The notes beneath the pieces were generated by a model. It was not told where the DNA came from. It was given only the letters and a program-made list of their open reading frames with translations, and did not search any database. From assembly GCA_030141605.1 (NCBI GenBank), contig JAQGDQ010000051.1:642628-706627 (forward strand): DNA of 64,000 nt. The letters run 5' to 3'. Shown in pieces: positions 24,647 through 38,151 of the stretch. Source of the DNA: Tubiluchus corallicola (Eukaryota; Animalia; Priapulida). The position numbers were made by a program, and so were the translations under genes. The stretch's first letter is position 1, and each line of letters opens with the position of its first letter.

Positions 24647-27600
24647 TTAAATTCTAGGGGCATAGCTTATTGGCTGATTTACGTAGAATTTTTTTCCGGT
24701 TAAGACATCAATGACACGTACTAATCCGTCGCTTCCTGGATAGGTGTCCACAATGCGTCCGAGTTTCCATTCTCGTCTGGATGTATCCTTGTCTATTATT
24801 AGTACAGTATCGTCCACTTTCAAGTTTGGGGCATCTGAAAAACACTTTTTTCTTGAACCAATAATGGCAAAAGTTCTTTCATCCATATTTGTCAGAAATG
24901 TGAAATGAGTTCTTGAACACGTCTCCATCTTTTTCTCGGATGAAATGGTTCTTTGTCCACGGATTCTCGCCTCCAATTTGTCCCTGTAAAAAGTGGTTTT
25001 GAGTGATGATAGGCTCATCTTGTCGCTAGGTGGTGTTAGTGGCCGTGAGTTTATCAAACTTTCTGCTCCTACTATTGCCATGTGTATCGTTGATATCAGC
25101 ATTATCCAAAACAGCTGAAATGGCACGTGTTGCTGATTTGATCAGTGATTCAAACACTCCAGCAAAATATGATGCTTTAGGTGGATCCCAAATTCACTCA
25201 ACTCCACTATTGACTAACCTGCATTGTACCATCTCCTGGTCAAAGGCTGACATTAATTCTCGGATTTCTTTTTCTCCTGTTGTGAAGTTTGTAGCATTGT
25301 CAGACAAAATTTTCTTTGGCCTTCCTCATCATGACACCATTCTAGTAAATGCATTCAAGGATGCATCTGTATCCAAACTTTTAGCTATTTCTAAATGTAT
25401 CGCCCGAGTTTGTAGACAGGTGAATAAACACAAATATCTCTTTGCTCGTACTTTTCCTCGTCCTTGTTTTGTGATGTAGGGTCCTCCATAATCAACTGCA
25501 ACATTTGTAAATGCTATCAGTGTTGCACCTAACCACAGCTTTGGTAGAGGTGCCATTGTTTGATGTACAGGCTTAACTCTGAATAGTTGTTGTTTGCATT
25601 CATTGCAATGCAATTCTATCTTTTTATCAGTCATCTTGATCTGACTATCTAATATTTTTCTAGTAGTCGACTTTGCGTGCAAGAGGTTCCTATATCATGA
25701 TGATCTCGTTCATGATAGTCCTTTACGATAAGCTGCATGATCCAACTTTTTTGTGGTAGCATGATAGGATATATAGTGCTTGTTTTTAGGAATTTACCAT
25801 TCTGTAGTTGACTGTTTGCCTTCATTATACCATCTTCAGCATCGATGAATGGATTCAAGTTCAAAATCTTGCTGCATTTTGGTAGAGGGTGGCCTTTGCA
25901 GAATGCTAACCATTCCACTGCGAATTTGTAATGATGGTTTTCTCAGCCGAATCCAGTTATTTGGCTGTAAGTTTGTCTCTCATTCGCTCTTCGTTTTTGT
26001 GTTGGCAGTTAAAGTAAAATCTTTTTACCCATGCGAGGACTCTGACAATTGACCATCCTATGATATTGTAAAAAGTTTTGGGTGTAGCTTTTAGCCATGA
26101 CGAATATTTTGCTGGTTCTATAATCCATTCAGAACTTGCACAGCTATTTTTGTTGGTAGAATACATTGTTACTTCAGCTTTTTGCAGCTCTTCATCTTAC
26201 ATTATGTTTCTGTTTGCACATTTGTTTGGCCATTAGATAAGCATTTTAGTGGCGCTAACCTGACTTTAGCTGCAACTAGTCGTACCGAAATTCGCTCATC
26301 TTTATACGTGTATCTTCCGTATATTGCTGCAGCATAAGCATCTTCCGATGCATCAACGTATGTGTGAATTTGAAAGTTGACTATTGTGCCTTCATCATGT
26401 AAGCATTTGGGCATACTGCACTAGAATCTCTAGTTCAGCAAACCATCTTGCCATCTTTCTTTCATGTCTGGAAGCAGCTCGTCATCTTATGCTAAACCCT
26501 TTAGCCATGTTTGCTGCATCATTATTTTCGCTCGTACGATGAAAGGCGATAAAAAGCCCAATGGGTCAAAGCTTGAGGCTAAGATCCGCAAGGTAGTCCT
26601 CCTCGTTAGCGTGATGTTGTCAGATGAAGTTTGATTGTAAATGCATCTGTTGTGGGATGCCACATTATTCCTAATGTTTTGGTTGATGGCAGTTTCTCGC
26701 TGTCTAAATAACCTCTGCTGCTAAATCGGATGAAGGTATGCTTTCCATCAGCTTAGTAGAGTTCGACAACATTTTTTTGAGATGAAAATTGACTTCGACA
26801 CTCAGCTGGGTTAGTTCCTTTCGTAAAATTAACATCTCTTCTTTGTCATGTCTGGATTCCATGACGTCATCCATGCAGTATTGATTCAGTATGACTTCTG
26901 ATGCCATTGGGAATTTTTCCTTATTGATTTCTGCATAGTAATGTCAAAAGCTTGGCACGCAACATGGAGAGTAAGTTGCTCCAAAAATGTATCTCAGAAA
27001 TTCGTAAACTTTGGGTGCTTTATTTGCATGTACATCTCTCCAAATAAAACGATGAAACTGTCTATCTTCTTCTTTCAAGGCTACTTGTTAATACATCTCG
27101 GATATGTCGCCTATGAGTGCTACATTACCTCTTCTAAATCGCACTAAAAGTTTGAATAAGTCGTTGAGTAGTGCCGGCCCTGCATAGGCTTCACTATTTA
27201 GACTTTTCCCTTCATGTTCTGCACTAGCATCAAAAATCACTCCTACTTTTGTTGTAGTTCGCTCAGGCTTCGCTATGCAGAAATGAGGAAGAAGCACTGT
27301 GCTTCAGGTTCTTCTTCTTCGGGAAGTCGTCATATGTAGCCTTTCTGTTCGTATTGAATAAAAACGTTGCTATATTCTGTCGCTATTCCTGGCTTGTGTT
27401 TAAGCGATATTTCCAAGCAATGCAACCGTTTCTCTGCCAATGGTCGACTGTTTTTTAGATCTGGTCTCTCTTTCTTCCATGGTACTGCCACTTCTTATCT
27501 GTCATTAACCATTTTTCTCGAGCTTGTAATTTTTCTCCATGCTTTTCATTCGTCTGGTGTCATGCTAACGTCTTTGCCTGTCCCCGCTTCATTTAGCTCC

Positions 27601-28230
27601 CAGAATCGTCGAGTAATTACATTTAAATCTTCATCTATCTCTGTGAAGAAGTTTGACTGAATTTTCATTTGTATATAATATTGCGAGGATTGATTGCTGC
27701 AAGGGTATGGTGTTCCTACAGCTGTCCATCCTAGTGGAGAACCCAGCAAACGAGAGGTTCTCCTGGATTGCCTACAACTTCTCTTACTGAACAGGTCAAA
27801 CCTGCATTGCCCAAATCAATAAGCTTGTCCACTGATGTTCTTTTTCCAATTGATGTTTTTTTAAATGTTTCCACTTATCAGCGTAGTTTGCTCAATTTAT
27901 GGCTTCTAAATTTCCACAAACTTTGTCTGCAGTGAAGGCTTCAATGTTTTTTGTAATCTTTCTGTCTAGTGATTCCAGCGACAATATTGCAGGCATTGTT
28001 GTGAGAGTGGTCATTGTTCTGTTCATTGTCCCTACTTTGATAGTTGTGAGCTTGTCAGTTAATCTAAGTTCTTCTGCTACTTCTCTGTTGACGTACAATG
28101 CTGAAGAGCCGTCGTCTAGTAGTGCGTTTACCATCATCTTTTTCCCCTTTGTGCCTTTTAATATAACGTGTATTGTATGTAAAATTATTCTGCCTTCATA
28201 CCTTCGTGTTGACATCATGCATGCATACAA
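24647..28230 (-). pseudogene. BEL/Pao pol (PR-RT-RH-IN), many frameshifts and stops
   Basis: ORF fragments 27892-28230 (protease), 27088-27297 and 26704-26907 (RT), 26202-26414 (RNase H), 25329-25918 and 24647-25126 (integrase and C-terminal domain). Confidence 0.9.
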
Positions 28231-28299
28231 TTATCCCCGCCTGTGATAGAAGTGTTCTTCAACCGAATGGTCAACAGAATTTAGCGATTGTGGCCGCTA

Positions 28300-29400
28300 G
28301 ACATCGCCTCTGCTTTGCTGGCTTCATATTCCATGTAACAAGCGATGGTGAGTTTCGAGGCAGCCTTGTTCACCACAGGCGCGAAATGTAGTACACTTGG
28401 AGCCCACGTGACCTCTGCCCAGGCATCTGTAACACAGTCCTATTTTCTTAGCAGTTTGCCATCGCTCTGAAACATCTCTTGACTGGAATGCTTCATAGCT
28501 TTGTGTTCGATGGTTTTCTCCACAAATAGCAAGCCCGTTTCTTGGCTTGATTTCCCCCTGTTTTCATATACTATTACTGTTGTCTGTTAAAAACGTTTTC
28601 GACTCTTTTTTCTGATCAAAATTCCTCGTTCTCTCGAAGTTTGGCTGTTCATCAAAACCATGTATGCCTTCGTGCACTTCTGTCTGGATTCTGACTTTTC
28701 TTTCAATCTACTCTGCCAACGAGTTGAGATTCTCTTCTCTGTTGTAGTCAGATAACCATCCTTTGTATTCTTCCAATTTTTTCTCGCCTAGTTTTTTCTT
28801 CATCAAACAGTAAAACGTGGACTGTCTTTCGAATTCATCCACCCGTCCTTGGTCAAGCGTATCACCATAGCAGTCTCTAATTTCTCGTAATAGTTTTCTA
28901 AATCGTTGCATTTTCCGTCTCGAATTGTTCATGTTCACGCATTCATCTATACGAAGCAATGTCGCTCTACATTCTCTACCATTGTTTTCCAGTCGACTTT
29001 TGCGACGTCATATGCTCCTGTAGAATAACATAAACCGTCCACGATTTTCAAGGCTTCCCCTTTTAAGCACTCCTGTAAATGTAACATCCTATATTCTGGG
29101 TTGGCTGGGGTACGATCAATGCATGTAGAAAAAGCTGTCCACCATCTCTCGTAGTCTTTTTTCTCACCCGAAAAAGTTGGAACTGGGACTCTCTTCAATA
29201 GATGTTGCCACTTATCTCTGCTGGTAGAATTTGCTGTGAATGGAGTGAACGTGTTGACGTAGTCTGCGTCTTGAATGAACAAGTAATCATCATCAAATGG
29301 ATTCATAGTGTTTCGTACGGGCGTTGTATTTTGAAACCCTGCTGTATTGTTTACATCAGTCGCACCTGTAGTACGTCTCACAGTAGCGTTCGGGTCAGCT
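28300..29400 (-). pseudogene. BEL/Pao gag remnant
   Basis: VPTFSGEKKDYERWWTAF...LQECLKGEA (DUF1759-type region) and zinc knuckle LCYRCLGRGHVGSKC at ~28395-28440. Confidence 0.85.
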
Positions 29401-29904
29401 GTAACGTGACAAATTTACTGGCCTAGATTTCAGACGAGCTGAAGGTTGATCTTTGTACAGCAATAGACACTAATACTTTTTGAGCCTGGTTGATTATTTC
29501 GTTTGCATTTTCGAAAACCAGTTCTGCCTCATTTTCGAATTGTTCAATTAAGTCTGACCTCTTCTCGCTTATTCTCTATCTCCGTTACTAATGCGCTGAT
29601 ATCTTTATCGTCTGCCAGTAACAAAACTGTCGCTAATTTGCTGCACATTTTGCTGAGCAAAATTTTAACGTTCTTTTTTTCCCGGATTCGAACTTGGTAT
29701 GATTCATCTTTGCTTCGGTGGCTGACTTCATCATGAACATCAGTTTCAATGCTTGTTTGAGCAGACGCTATCGTAATTTCGAAGTAGTTTCACGCGCTGC
29801 ACCTGATCTACTCACTGCTACCATTTAATTCTTGACAAACTGCTCGAACTTGTTTGAGCAGACGCTATCGTAATTTCGAAGTAGTTTCACGCACTGCACC
29901 TGAT

Positions 29905-29920
29905 CTACTCACTGCTACCA
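29905..29920 (-). promoter_or_regulatory. Primer-binding site, tRNA-iMet-like (duplicated at 29808-29823)
   Basis: Minus-strand TGGTAGCAGTGAG lies 6 nt from the 5' LTR end. The first 9 nt are complementary to the 3' end of initiator tRNA-Met. Confidence 0.6.
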
Positions 29921-29926
29921 TTTAAT

Positions 29927-30170
29927 TCTTGACAAACTGCTCGAACTCGTTTGTAACTTATTTTCAAAACTTTATTTTAATTCGAAGTAGTATCATGACG
30001 GTATAGAAAAAATTATAACAGCAATGTGTCAGCCCTGCTTCGTATCAAAACCGGAACTGACTTGCTAGCCTGTTTAGGTATAGAGAAAATAGAGAGAAGC
30101 CAGCCGAGACGTCACATTCATATTTGTAAAGTTTAAATTACTGGCCTACTACAGTACACATTTTTTAACA
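29927..30170 (-). repeat. 5' LTR of the BEL/Pao element (244 bp)
   Basis: Homologous to the split LTR, with roughly 5-6% substitutions by eye plus a ~40-bp indel. One terminus is mutated (tctt for tgtt). Confidence 0.9.
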
Positions 30171-31189
30171 ATGCCTGTCTGGAACTAGAAGACTAACACG
30201 GATGGGTTAGTACTTTCCTACCTGGTCTCCCTAATGGCGTGCCAAAGTGAGACTCATAACATGTTCTGCACATCATTCACAATATAACGATGCGGAGAAA
30301 TTAACGTGACATGTCAAAAATTTAACTATCCTTTACAAAACAGTTAGGTCAATTGCACAAACTCAATCTTCAGCTTTAGATTAAGTCCTTAGAATTCCTT
30401 CATAAACAGTTACGTCCACTTCTAACAGACAAAAACAGTGTTAATGTAACTTATAGTCCCAGTGTACACAGGTGTCAAAGAACATCGGATTCCCTGTTCG
30501 TATTACTACTTCTTGCTGTCTCTCCTCTCAATAGACAGACAGGGTAATTTGCGAGTTTTTCCAGACTTTCACTACTTTTCCAGAAATAACTAGGAATATC
30601 GCAAGTTCAGTACAGATTATAAAAACATCTCTGCTTTACACACTACCTCAAGCAAGCTCACAGTTTTTACTGACCTATAGCACAGAAGTTTACTGCATTG
30701 GCGTGATATGTGACTTCAGATCTGAAATAACCATGTATATTCTCTACGGCATTAACATTTTATAAAAAATTTCCGGAAATACCCAACCCAGGTCACCTAT
30801 TGTTAGTAGCTAACTAAAATGGACACAAGAATAGTTATTATGAAAGAGTTAAACAATTTAATATTGTATTAGTGGAAATATCAAATGTATCAACAAGAAG
30901 GAGTTTTAATATTTGCACTTTTAGCACTTCATTGGGTGGATCCAAACATGACACCAATGATGCTATCGTAAGTTTTTTTTAGACTCAGGTGCAATGAACT
31001 TAATGTGGGGTGAGATTGTTAGATTTTGTGATTGACATTTTCCTGGTCTAGCATTAGCACATTTCTTGAGTGAATTTTCCAACTTTTGGATAAAGTCTGT
31101 AAAATTACATCTCTTCCCCCCCCCCCTCTCTCTCCCTTCGCGTTTTCTCTTCCTCGCCCCCCCTCTCTCTCTTTTCCATTCTTATGTCA

Positions 31190-31610
31190 CTTTTGTTTAC
31201 TTGTTTTACTCAATATCGTGTGAGGCCACAGTTATAAGGATGGAATCACCCCTTTTCTCACATTTTTACAAATATGGCACATATTTGAGCAACGAATACT
31301 TGCTTTCCGACAACTACACACCTTTTGGCAACTATCAGGTGCGGGTTGCAGAACAGTTATCATGGTAACTAATAGTCCATCAGCCATTTAGCAACCAAAC
31401 ACTGGAGACATCATATCTATGCTTTCAACCTAAACCTGCATGTGACGTAACCTAAGGGAATGCCAAAATGCTACCAAAAGGCGTGCATGTTATTGCACAT
31501 TAGTGCACAAATGTTATTGATTGTGAAATTGAAATGGGTGATTCCATTCCTATCACACTGTGACTTTACACGATTGTGAAATATGTATGTATGAATAAAC
31601 AAAGGTCAAA
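31190..31610. mobile_element. Unclassified palindromic MITE-like element
   Basis: atcgtgtgaggccacagttataaggatggaatcacccc is an imperfect inverted repeat of gggtgattccattcctatcacactgtgactttacacgat. Confidence 0.5.
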
Positions 31611-32414
31611 GTCATGTCTCCTTTAGCCTTCTAAAACATTTTGGTGTCCGAAAAGCTTGAATCACTTTATGTTATGCACACTATTCGTTTACTGAAGCCA
31701 TAACGTGACACTAGATATGACATCACTGCTAGATTTGTACAACTTTGAAACATATAACTTCTCAAAGATAGCATTTTGTGTGAGCTTGCAATACTTTTTT
31801 GGGACCCACATGCTTCTATCTGGATGTTGCTTAAACTTTTTCGTTTAGTGATGGTATGTTGTGTTCAATTAACATGTCATAATAATGTCACTACTGACCC
31901 TGTACAACCTTGAATTGAAATACAGTTAAGACTTGAGTTCTTACATTCATATCAGAGGCTTGAATTCTTTTTGAATGAGAATGCTTGCTCTGAATACCCC
32001 TCAAATGATCAGCGCCACCTAGTAAAGATGTTGACTCAGTCATCATATTTACTAAAAGGAAGGGGAAGTTATTGTTGCCTTGCTCAATAATTTGTCACAG
32101 TAAATTCTGACCCATGGTATGTGTGTGTTACATGTAGTAATAATTTTCAGAGTTTAAGTCGTCCACATTTACATAGTTTAATTGCTGCACCAGGTCCACA
32201 CCGTGCCATATCAGCAATGCAAATTTTAAAATGCGTAGTAATCGTCAAAAAACCTAAATTGTCTCAATTTTCGTTCTTTTGTGCTTAGCTGTTGCTGAGT
32301 CAACGAAATTCACAAAGAAATCCTCAGATTTTGACTCTGCTCACCTCATTATCTGCATTACATTTTACCTTCAAGTCACAGTAGATTGACGTATTTTGTA
32401 TTACAGGTCTAAAG

Positions 32415-33130
32415 CAGTGGTTCCCAACCGGGGGTACGGGTACCCCCTGGGGGTACGCAACAGCAATGCCAGGGGTATGCAGAAGGTGTGTCAGATCGAC
32501 AAATTTTTTTCTTTCTGTAGCCGGTGAAAAGGGTAAAATACACCAAGTTGCAGCATCGTGATATTCTTTCTACAGGTTAGGCAATATTTCACAAACAATT
32601 CCTGCGCAGTGCGCTAGAAAATACTTTTACCCGCCCACGAAAAGCTTATATTTTGTTGCTTTGTTTGTGCTGTATTTGGCTTTCGAGGTGTTGGTTCCAT
32701 TTGTGACAACATACAAATGTGAGCTAGGCTTCAGTGCAAAGCTACATTTGAAGACGAAGGCAAGAAACCGTTTGGATTTGAGGAGCGACATGCGAGTCGC
32801 AATATCAACAATTAAACCTGATATAAAAAAACTTGTTGATAATCATCAAGAACAGCGTGCGCATTAATTATGACTGCTGTGAAGATCGCGTTTCCTTGTA
32901 TTGATGTTTTCATATTCGAGAAAGTTGTTCAAATTACATATTTCTTAATAATCAGTGATAAAATTCATGTTTTCAAAAAAAGTTAAAATAAAAAAATGTC
33001 GATAATATTAATCGTTGTTTTCTGGAAACTGGTTTTTCAAACGATTTGTTGAAAAATATCAGGTGGGGGTACGCTGAAGATCGCCACATTTAGAAGGGGT
33101 ACTTGGCAAGGAAAAGGTTGGGAACCACTG
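32415..33130 (+). mobile_element. hAT (Charlie/Buster-type) internally deleted DNA transposon
   Basis: TIR CAGTGGTTCCCAACC and perfect 8-bp TSD GTCTAAAG (32407-32414, 33131-33138). Retains the hAT dimerization C-terminus PFVTTYKCELGFS...KTKARNRLDL at 32661-32867. Confidence 0.95.
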
Positions 33131-33771
33131 GTCTAAAGTCTTTCAGACATGCATGTTGTCCTCCTTGTAAATGTTTTAAAATTATTCTTTGTTAGTGTTA
33201 CTGATTTTTTTCTACAATCTTGTAGATTTCAGTTTTATATTCAAGCTTTTTTTCTGTGGGAATGCAAACTAAGGCTAAGGTAGATAACGTGGGACTTCTA
33301 GGCAATGGCACCAATAGCTTTCTGCAAAGCTTAAGCTTCACAGACTACTATTTATGTGGAATGGCAATTTATCTCGTGCGTGTTGTAAAATTTGCCACAA
33401 ATTTGAATAGAATTACCCAGTGATGTCATCAGTTACTTTGTTTGACCTTGAGACACTGCCGAAAGGCCAAGTTTATATCAGCTTGCATTTCATTTTAATG
33501 ATCTTGAAATCTTTATTTGGGTGTTAATTTAAACTTTTAGTTAACAAAGCAAGTAGTAAAACAGCATAAGGCGCGTTAATAGAATCGCTAGTAGCTCATA
33601 ACGGCTAAAATGGATTGCTCGGAAATTTTTGGATAATGACGCTGATGTACTTGGCAAGCTTTGTGCAAAGTTTAAGCTTTTATCTGGAGATTTATTACAT
33701 AATTGATTTAACTAATCACATGGTGAAAAAAAGCACATATAGTTACTGTACATTTCAATTTAAATTTGTAC

Positions 33772-33990
33772 CTGCTCGGAAGATGCTTCAACACTCTCTG
33801 CAGTTTCAACTTCTGTCGCATCCCACAAATCTGTATTCAGTCCTGCACTCCAAGTATCACCAACAGGTAGAGGATCCCACACAGTGCTGGATGTAGTAGG
33901 GTTACTCCATCTGTCACTGGGAGAATGGGCAGAATTATCCCAAAGCGACTCAGAAACACTGGGCATGTTATAAGTAAGCCATTCTTCACC
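33772..33990 (-). CDS. TMEM131: TMEM131 exon (GEEWLTYNMPSVSESLWDN...SSEQ)
   Basis: ttgtag acceptor, cag|gtac donor, 219 nt, phase 0/0, open Ser/Trp-rich frame. Confidence 0.8.
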
Positions 33991-34260
33991 CTACAATTAA
34001 ATATTTAGGAAATGTACATATATTAGTTACAAGTCTGAGTAAAAATTGAATAACAATAATGGGGCAGATAATAACATCATCATGAATGAACCTTTACTGA
34101 GTCACCAAAACTCTTTCATCATTTGTTAACTATACTCATGCAACAGATTTATGAAAAGAAAACTGCAGCATGATCGAAGTAAAGTGTAGATGCACATATT
34201 AATGACTGGTGTCTTATTTTAATGCCATAAGTTACAAATCCTTGTGGGTATTTTATAATA

Positions 34261-35200
34261 CAGTAGGTGCCCCATTTATTAGACTCATGGTTAATAGAAT
34301 CAGTTGCCTAATTGACTCAAGAATACCTAATACGGGCTGCTTCTATTCAAATGTATATAAAAACTGCGAATAAAAGACTCCATATGTCTGCTTCACGTTT
34401 TTCAATAAGGACACATTAGTGTGACCAATAAGCTTTTATGACTTTCATGTCATCTTTGTTTGCTTTTGTGCTCTAATATACGTAGAAACAATAATGTTAA
34501 GTATTGTTTTGTTTGTAAGCAGGAGCGTTTACCATACACTAATATGCTTTGACCCATCCGTCCACGCGTCCACTGCTATTAACCTCGTTACCCAGAATTT
34601 CTGGAAGCTAAACACTCAATCACTTGCTTAGTGTTTGCTGTTGCTGTTTGCCAGGGATACAGGTACAGTATAATAAGGTGTAGCAAAGTTGCTGGTAGAT
34701 AACCGTGCTTGGACGACAACTGTGTTGTTTAATGAAAGGTTAGTGAAAAAGAGGTGTGAGCTTGAAAGCCAAACATGGGCATCACAACAACAGATCAAGC
34801 ATGCGCCAAGCGCTAACTATTTCATGAGAATTTGTGCATCATACAGCAACAGATTTTCAACGGCTTTGTTATTATGAGAACTTTGTCACCCAATTTCTTC
34901 GCAAAAAATGAAGCAGCCGACTTTAAACGAATTTTTGAAAGTAAATTGACTCATGTCATTTAGAAAAGTAAAGTTTTTTATTTTCTTTTTTATATTAATT
35001 CACTTTATAAATTAATATTTTTAAATATAAAATAATAGCTTAGGAATTTAGGCATTACTTCATTTACAAAATTCATTAAAAGCCTTTGCAGTGTATACTA
35101 AGCTGATGATTCATACTTCTATACTAGTAATACCACACTGTCGGTTAATTGGGGCAAAACACTTCCGTCACAAAGTGAGTCTATAAAGCAGCACCTACTG
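34261..35200. mobile_element. Tc1/mariner pogo-Tigger-type non-autonomous element
   Basis: Imperfect ~25-bp TIR CAGTAGGTGC...TAGACTCA, flanked by TA on both sides. Confidence 0.85.
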
Positions 35201-35319
35201 TACATAATGTTTTTTAGAATGTCTTGCTATCCAATAAAATTTACTGGCCCTTTCAAAACATCTAAAGCGTATTCAATAATTTCCAGAAAAACAGGTGAAT
35301 AAAGCAGGAATGACTCTAC

Positions 35320-35438
35320 CTGCACGTTTTGCTCAATTTTACGCTGATTTAGTTTCTGTTGCCTCTGTGACACATTGTTTTGCATCATAGATGGTTGCCA
35401 GCAAACAGAATATCCAAGTTGATCTGAAGTTTGCATAC
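35320..35438 (-). CDS. TMEM131: TMEM131 exon (MQTSDQLGYSVCWQPSMMQNNVSQRQQKL...NVQ)
   Basis: tttaacag acceptor, cag|gtagag donor, phase 1/0 compatible with neighbours. Confidence 0.7.
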
Positions 35439-35499
35439 CTGTTAAATTTTACAATATTAGCTAGATGCCATCAATAAAAAAACTTTTGCCTGAAATGCA

Positions 35500-36250
35500 G
35501 TACTATAGCATCACTCACAAATGTTCTACACAAGTTTTCAATTCTAGGCTGTAAATACTTTTTGTGTAAATAATAACAAAGTACACTAATTTGTATGTTA
35601 CAGAAATATCCCTGGCATGGTGATTGAACTGATAGTTAAAGAATTTGCAAATAGGTTTACTATGAGCAACCTTTAGTTTGTTTAGATTAACATTATGACA
35701 GTGCTGCCAGGTGGCTACACAAGAGTAGATGCTATTACAATAAGAATTAAACAAATTGTTTTTAAAGCATTAGTGAACTAGTAAAATTTACGGCATAGCC
35801 TAGTTGCTCTAGAGTAATAGATGCCTACTTGTTTTATGACATGCGCATCATCTCTGTTATCCCTAGAGATGATGTGGCCAACATGATTTTCATTTTCAAT
35901 AGCTCAATAACGACCCAACTAGCATAACTGTTCCAAACTCAAAGTGCTCATATTAGATGGCACTGTAGTCAGAAGCTTAGTTTTCTCAACTTTAATTAAA
36001 TATCAAATTTCGCTGCATAGTCAACATAAAATCATGAATTATCATCACTATTAATTTACTTACTAAATTTGCTAACTATAGAGAAGTGTGCAGCCAGATT
36101 TACATTAAGTTCTCTAAAATAGTAGAACAGAAGAGAAGACATCTTTCTTTCCTACCATGCACCTTAAAAATCTTGACCAACCTTAAAAATGTTTGAGTTA
36201 GAGCTGCCTCATCTCAAAAGCATACCTTGATGGGTGTAATAAAAATTGGC
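35500..36250 (-). mobile_element. Decayed LINE fragment (RTE-X-like C-terminal region)
   Basis: YSRATRLCRKF...LFNSYCNSIYSCVATW...LNKLKVAH pattern typical of LINE ORF2 C-termini. Confidence 0.5.
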
Positions 36251-37640
36251 AATAATGCTTTGTTCATGGTGCCTACATTCGCACAAAGCTTATTTAAATT
36301 GTGCACTTGTTTGGAACACCACACTGGCTAAAAGCCCAAAATGAGGTTTCCCGTTCAAGTACCAGTTGCAGTAGCACTGGTGCAGAAACTTTTCCTTGTC
36401 AGCAATAAACTCATTACAGCCAAGAATTATTTTCTTTTTAATTTTGTTGCCCTCAGTTCAATGTTCTCAGTTCTCAGCGAACTTGCCATTACTAGGAGTG
36501 GATAGGGGCGGATTTGTTTGGGATCGGGGCTGCCACGATCTTGACCCCCGTACATCGATACTGAACTTTTCTTAAACCCGTTTCCGAACATTCAGTCTCG
36601 TCCCATCCCGACCCTGACTCCAAACTTTAAGTTTATAGAATTTGAAAAACAACCTTGACTTCAAGTTTTCGAGGCATGTAGAAAAAAATGAGCCATTTAA
36701 GAAGTTACTTAATTATTATTACCTAATTATTCATTACTTAAATTCCGTGACACATATTTTGTACTGAGATGTTATTAATTACAGCTGCATTGGGTGATTA
36801 ACAGCTGCTATTATTTTATTAAAAGGTCTTGTAAGCAGTTCTAAGTCATAGAATGATTTCCTTTTCATGGCACATACAGAGAAAGTGCATTTGGCCATCT
36901 GTAAGAGTGACTAAGGTTATTCTGGTGGGATGTGACTTGCCAATAATGTTTGCAAAAAAATATATAAAAGAATGACACCATCTTAAATAAAATATTTTGT
37001 GATTTTCATCCCTTTGCTATTAGTATCTCCTCTGTTTAATTCAAAGCAGAGTCAGTATGTATTATTATTCTTTTTAAATTTCGTAGGAAAGAGATTACCG
37101 TTACGTTTACTTTACATTTATTTAGCATAGTGAAATATACAGACTGGCTTTATCTACATTTTTTGTCAGGCTTTATCTACAGTTTTTCAGCTAGGGTCAC
37201 AATCTTTGATATGTAATTAGATGGACTCAAGTTCTTATGCACGACTGAATTTGGATAGTAAAAAATTCCGCTAGGGGCCAAAAACCAATATTTATTGTAC
37301 ACGGGTAATTAACAATTAGCAAGCTAAACGTTTTAGGCAACTTGTTTCATGGACAAATCATTGCAATCGTACACCCAATTGCCTAGTCACCTATAGGTGG
37401 TTTAATTTAACAACAAGGTTTAATTTAACAACAATCCTGTTAACACCGTACATTACTGGAACAGGTTAGTGTCGCTAAACCCAACATATAAAATGGTAGG
37501 TGAGTAACATACAGCCTAAAAGTTACAAGACATAGATGCACTATGTTATATGAACTTCACCAGCTTTTTAAAAGTTTTAACAAATAATTGTTTTTGTTTT
37601 TATAAAAGTACCATCACAAAATTTTTCTAGTAAAAAATAC

Positions 37641-37838
37641 CTTTTAATCCCAAACTTTCAGTACTGCTGAATCCGTTGAAGTGTGGCATTGTACTTTCCA
37701 TTATAGGTTGCAAACTGAACAAATTATCAGTATTGAACTCCAGTGTTTTTGGTGAATGCAAAGGGTTTCCTTCTCCCCACGGTGAAGCAGTTGGATTGAG
37801 AGGTTTTACAGCTTTTGGAGCTGTAATCTTTGTCACTC
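37641..37838 (-). CDS. TMEM131: TMEM131 exon (VTKITAPKAVKPLNPTASPW...SLGLK)
   Basis: caaag acceptor, ag|gtat donor, 198 nt, phase 1/1, open frame. Confidence 0.7.
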
Positions 37839-38093
37839 CTTTGAATTACAATTAATTAATTCAAATCAACAGACACAAGTGGCTTAATGAGTTGGAGTTT
37901 TAGTTATTAGAACATGGACTCGTTTTCTTATGTTTTCATTACTTTCTTGTAAACAAAAAGAAAATATTATGTAAACATAATGTATAATATATATACTACT
38001 ATATACTATTATATAATAATAGAATAGTATAGTATAATTATATATTATAATATCACTATTAGAATAATGATAGTATAATGTATTCTATCATTG

Positions 38094-38094
<1 letters not shown>

Positions 38095-38151
<57 letters not shown>

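Larger units (their letters stand above)
22218..30170 (-). mobile_element. BEL/Pao LTR retrotransposon, decayed, inside the last TMEM131 intron
   Basis: Two homologous LTRs, PBS and PPT. Fragmented domains in order gag - protease (ALLDDGS) - RT (YCMDD) - RNase H (YVDASEDAYAA) - integrase (VDYGGPY, FTCLQTRAIHLE, SDNATNF, INSRPLT, WKLGRIV). Confidence 0.93.

Noticed and set aside
23358-29736. Antisense ORFs over the LINE RT and BEL gag/pol (e.g. 23358-23672, 25030-25479, 27899-28246)
   Set aside because: Shadow frames of transposon coding sequence.
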